NCBI GenBank assembly: GCA_050575255.1
Contig: JBNZDD010013730.1
Span: 8,214,012-8,278,011, forward strand
Source: Harriotta raleighana
Taxonomy: Eukaryota
Direction of reading: 5' to 3'
Length of the DNA stretch: 64,000 nt
Program-made: the position numbers and the translations under genes
Part shown: positions 61,633 to 64,000 of the stretch, piece by piece
Numbering within the stretch: the stretch's first letter is position 1
Layout: every line of letters starts with the position of its first letter
Notes under the pieces: model-generated
The model's database searches: none
The model's input: only the letters and a program-made list of their open reading frames with translations
What the model was told of the DNA's origin: nothing

Positions 61633-62276
61633 GAAAACCCATACATGTGCAACAACGAATGTGATGCAAGCACACCTGAGCTTGCACATCCTCCAGAGTT
61701 GATGCTTGATCATGAAGGACGAATTCCAAATACGTTTTGGCAAAGTGTTTCCTGGAAGAACTACCCAAGGCCTCTGTTGGTCAACATCACGTTATCCTGG
61801 AACAAAACCATCGAGCTGACTCAAGACATCGTCATCACTTTCGAATCTGAACGTCCAGAGCAAATGATCCTTGAAAAATCCCTGGATTACGGTCGAACAT
61901 GGCAGCCATACCAGTTCTACGCGGCCGACTGTTTAAACGCTTTCCGAATGGAGCCCAAAACAGTGCACGATTTGTCTCAGAAGTCAGTCCTAGACATAAT
62001 TTGCACAGAGGAGTACTCTAGAGGCTACGTGTGGAAAATGGACAAAACGGTCCACTTTGAAATCAAAGACAGATTTGCACTTTTCGGGGGACCCTATCTC
62101 CATAACATGGCTTCACTTTACGGACAGTTAGACACGACCAAAAATCTAAGGGACTTTTTCACTGTCACAGACCTGAAGATCAGACTGCTTCGGCCTGCAA
62201 CTGGTGCAACAATTATGGATGAACATAATCTGTCAAAGTACTTCTATGCTATATCCAACATCGAAATACAAGGAAG
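61633..62276 (+). CDS. NTNG1: Netrin-G1-like, second coding exon (644 nt, laminin N-terminal domain)
   Basis: Acceptor ...ctctacatccaatttcag|GAA, phase 0, compatible with the upstream exon. Translation [24 protein letters not shown]...[17 protein letters not shown]...[13 protein letters not shown]...[12 protein letters not shown] is netrin-G1-like. Donor AG|GTAAGA at 62277 (phase 2) lies at the conserved G-R boundary before the LE domains. Confidence 0.96.
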
Positions 62277-63219
62277 GTAAGATCTTTTCATTATTTCAGT
62301 CGATCCCATGTATTAGGTTAGAAGTCAAACATGTCATGATTCACTAACAACACACAGTGTGTGTAAAATGCAACACCTGTTATTATCACCGGTAATATCA
62401 TGTGCTACATGTTTTCCCATAATTATTCAGTACATTAATTTGCAAACAAGTGTTTAAAATCATTTTTTAAAAAGCTTAATCAAGGGGAGATTTTTCGATG
62501 TATTTTCTGAACAATGAATATCTCAAATAAAACAAAAATCTTTTTGTTTTCTTTCTCACCTGATCAACTTCCAATAAACAACAAAGGCAGCAGACTGAAA
62601 AGATAGGAAACAGATCTGGTCGATGAGGCAGTTGCTCTATGCGAAATAAACACATGGGATAGAGTAAAAATCAGGAATTGCACAGCAATAGGATGCTGTG
62701 TAAAAATGAATTGCACTAAAATCAAGATGACTCACTCACTGACACTTCTTGACACTGAATTAGGAAGTGCTGTGCTCATATTCAATGTGAACTGTTTGCA
62801 GAATAACAACCTGCTATCATTGGCTCAGTGTTTCTCTTGTTGATATTGCAAGTCCTTCAGCAATTACTGTATTTGTAAGGTTTCATTTGAAGATTGTATC
62901 TAACAGCAAATTAGTAAACATTTCCTCTCCATCAGTCAGGCCCCATGCAGCACCAGGTAGATGAAGACTTGCTCTTCAATCTGAATGTTGCTTGATTTGT
63001 TTTCATTTGTTCCACAGAAAAAATAAAGCCGCCTTATTCTGCTACACTGAGATTTTGAAATGTGTGAATGTACAGTCCCCATACATCTTCAGTCTTATCA
63101 AGTCCTGTCTTTATCAGAGTCCTGTAGTCTATTGGTTAGAGCATTCGAGAGAGCAGAACCCTACTCCACATGCCTCTGCTTACCTATCAGTAAGAAGGAA
63201 CCCAGTTGTTAATTAATTG

Positions 63220-63420
63220 GCAGATGTTTTTCCTGAGGTCTGCTGCTTGCCTCACCCTCCCAGCTCCACCATTGGTGGTCAAACCATCAGATCTTCAGTC
63301 ACTAACCTCTGAAATTCCTTCCATTCTCGACCACCTCTCTACTTATCTTTACATCTCGCCTGTAAGGCTTCTCAAAATGCTCCTATGCCACCTGTCCTTC
63401 TCTCTTTCCGCCTTTCCCCC
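63220..63420 (+). mobile_element. Degenerate L2 3' fragment
   Basis: cctgaggtctgct...ccaccattggtggtc...ctctgaaattccttcc, resembling LRS...TIGG...LWNSLP. Confidence 0.5.
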
Positions 63421-64000
63421 ACTTCACGCTCCATTTCTTGGTTATAGCTGGTTAAACTCAATGCAAACTCCAAGTTATCCCAAGCCTTAGCTCTTATAAA
63501 CTTTGATCTGACTCTCTGGGATGAGGTAAGCAGGGTGCAACCCCAAGGTGAGAGAGTGCATGATCCAGATCAAACAAATAGAATCCAAACACATGTGGAA
63601 CGCTGAACAGTTTGGTTTGAAGAATTTCTTGTGTGTCAGATAGCTCACTTACCAAACCACTAATATGGTGTAAATTCATTATTTAACAACCATAATTTCT
63701 TTATGGAGGAATTCTCATTTATAGATGTGCTACATGTCTAATTCGGGGAGATTTTCTCGCCTGATTTATCGTACACTGCATTGTGCCAACTCCTTAATTA
63801 AAGTGAGCCCCTGTTAGTCTTTATCTCATGTTAATTTACAGTCACACTAATGCAAGAATAATATCTGTAATGGAAGGTGCATTAAAGAGTTATCACGTAG
63901 CATTAGCTGTATTGCATTATGCTATTCATGTTAATTAACAATTGAAGGGAAATATTCCTAATGGTTTAGATAGGACATTAATATACTGTATAGAGAATTG

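Noticed and set aside
1-64000. CRISPR arrays, operons, rRNA or other prokaryotic systems
   Set aside because: The sequence is vertebrate intronic DNA; there is no regularly spaced repeat-spacer array, and the recurrent motifs are dispersed SINE/LINE tails.

Overview
Eukaryotic (vertebrate) genomic DNA, AT-rich and almost entirely intronic. The repeat content (Deu-domain/SacSINE1-like SINEs, a tRNA-derived SINE with an (ATT)n tail, L2 and CR1 LINE ends, Tigger-like MITEs) points to a cartilaginous fish, probably a chimaera (inference). The only supportable gene is a + strand netrin-G family member, represented by two coding exons. The first (ATG 6349 to 6591) encodes the signal peptide and the start of the laminin N-terminal domain. 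The second (61633-62276) encodes the rest of the LN domain. They are joined in phase 0 across a 55,041-nt GT-AG intron, and the gene continues beyond the window. The protein is closest to netrin-G1 but carries netrin-G2-like residues and distinct receptor-specificity loops, so it may be a third netrin-G paralogue. Other notable structure includes a uORF-rich 5' leader with alternative acceptors, a MITE nested inverted inside a copy of itself just downstream of the first coding exon, three fold-back hairpins tied to LINE ends, an LF-SINE-like element and local duplications. There is a 756-nt assembly gap and three single-N contig joins. All other ORFs in the track are spurious or TE-derived. 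Comparisons with human proteins and repeat consensus sequences are from memory, not from a search.
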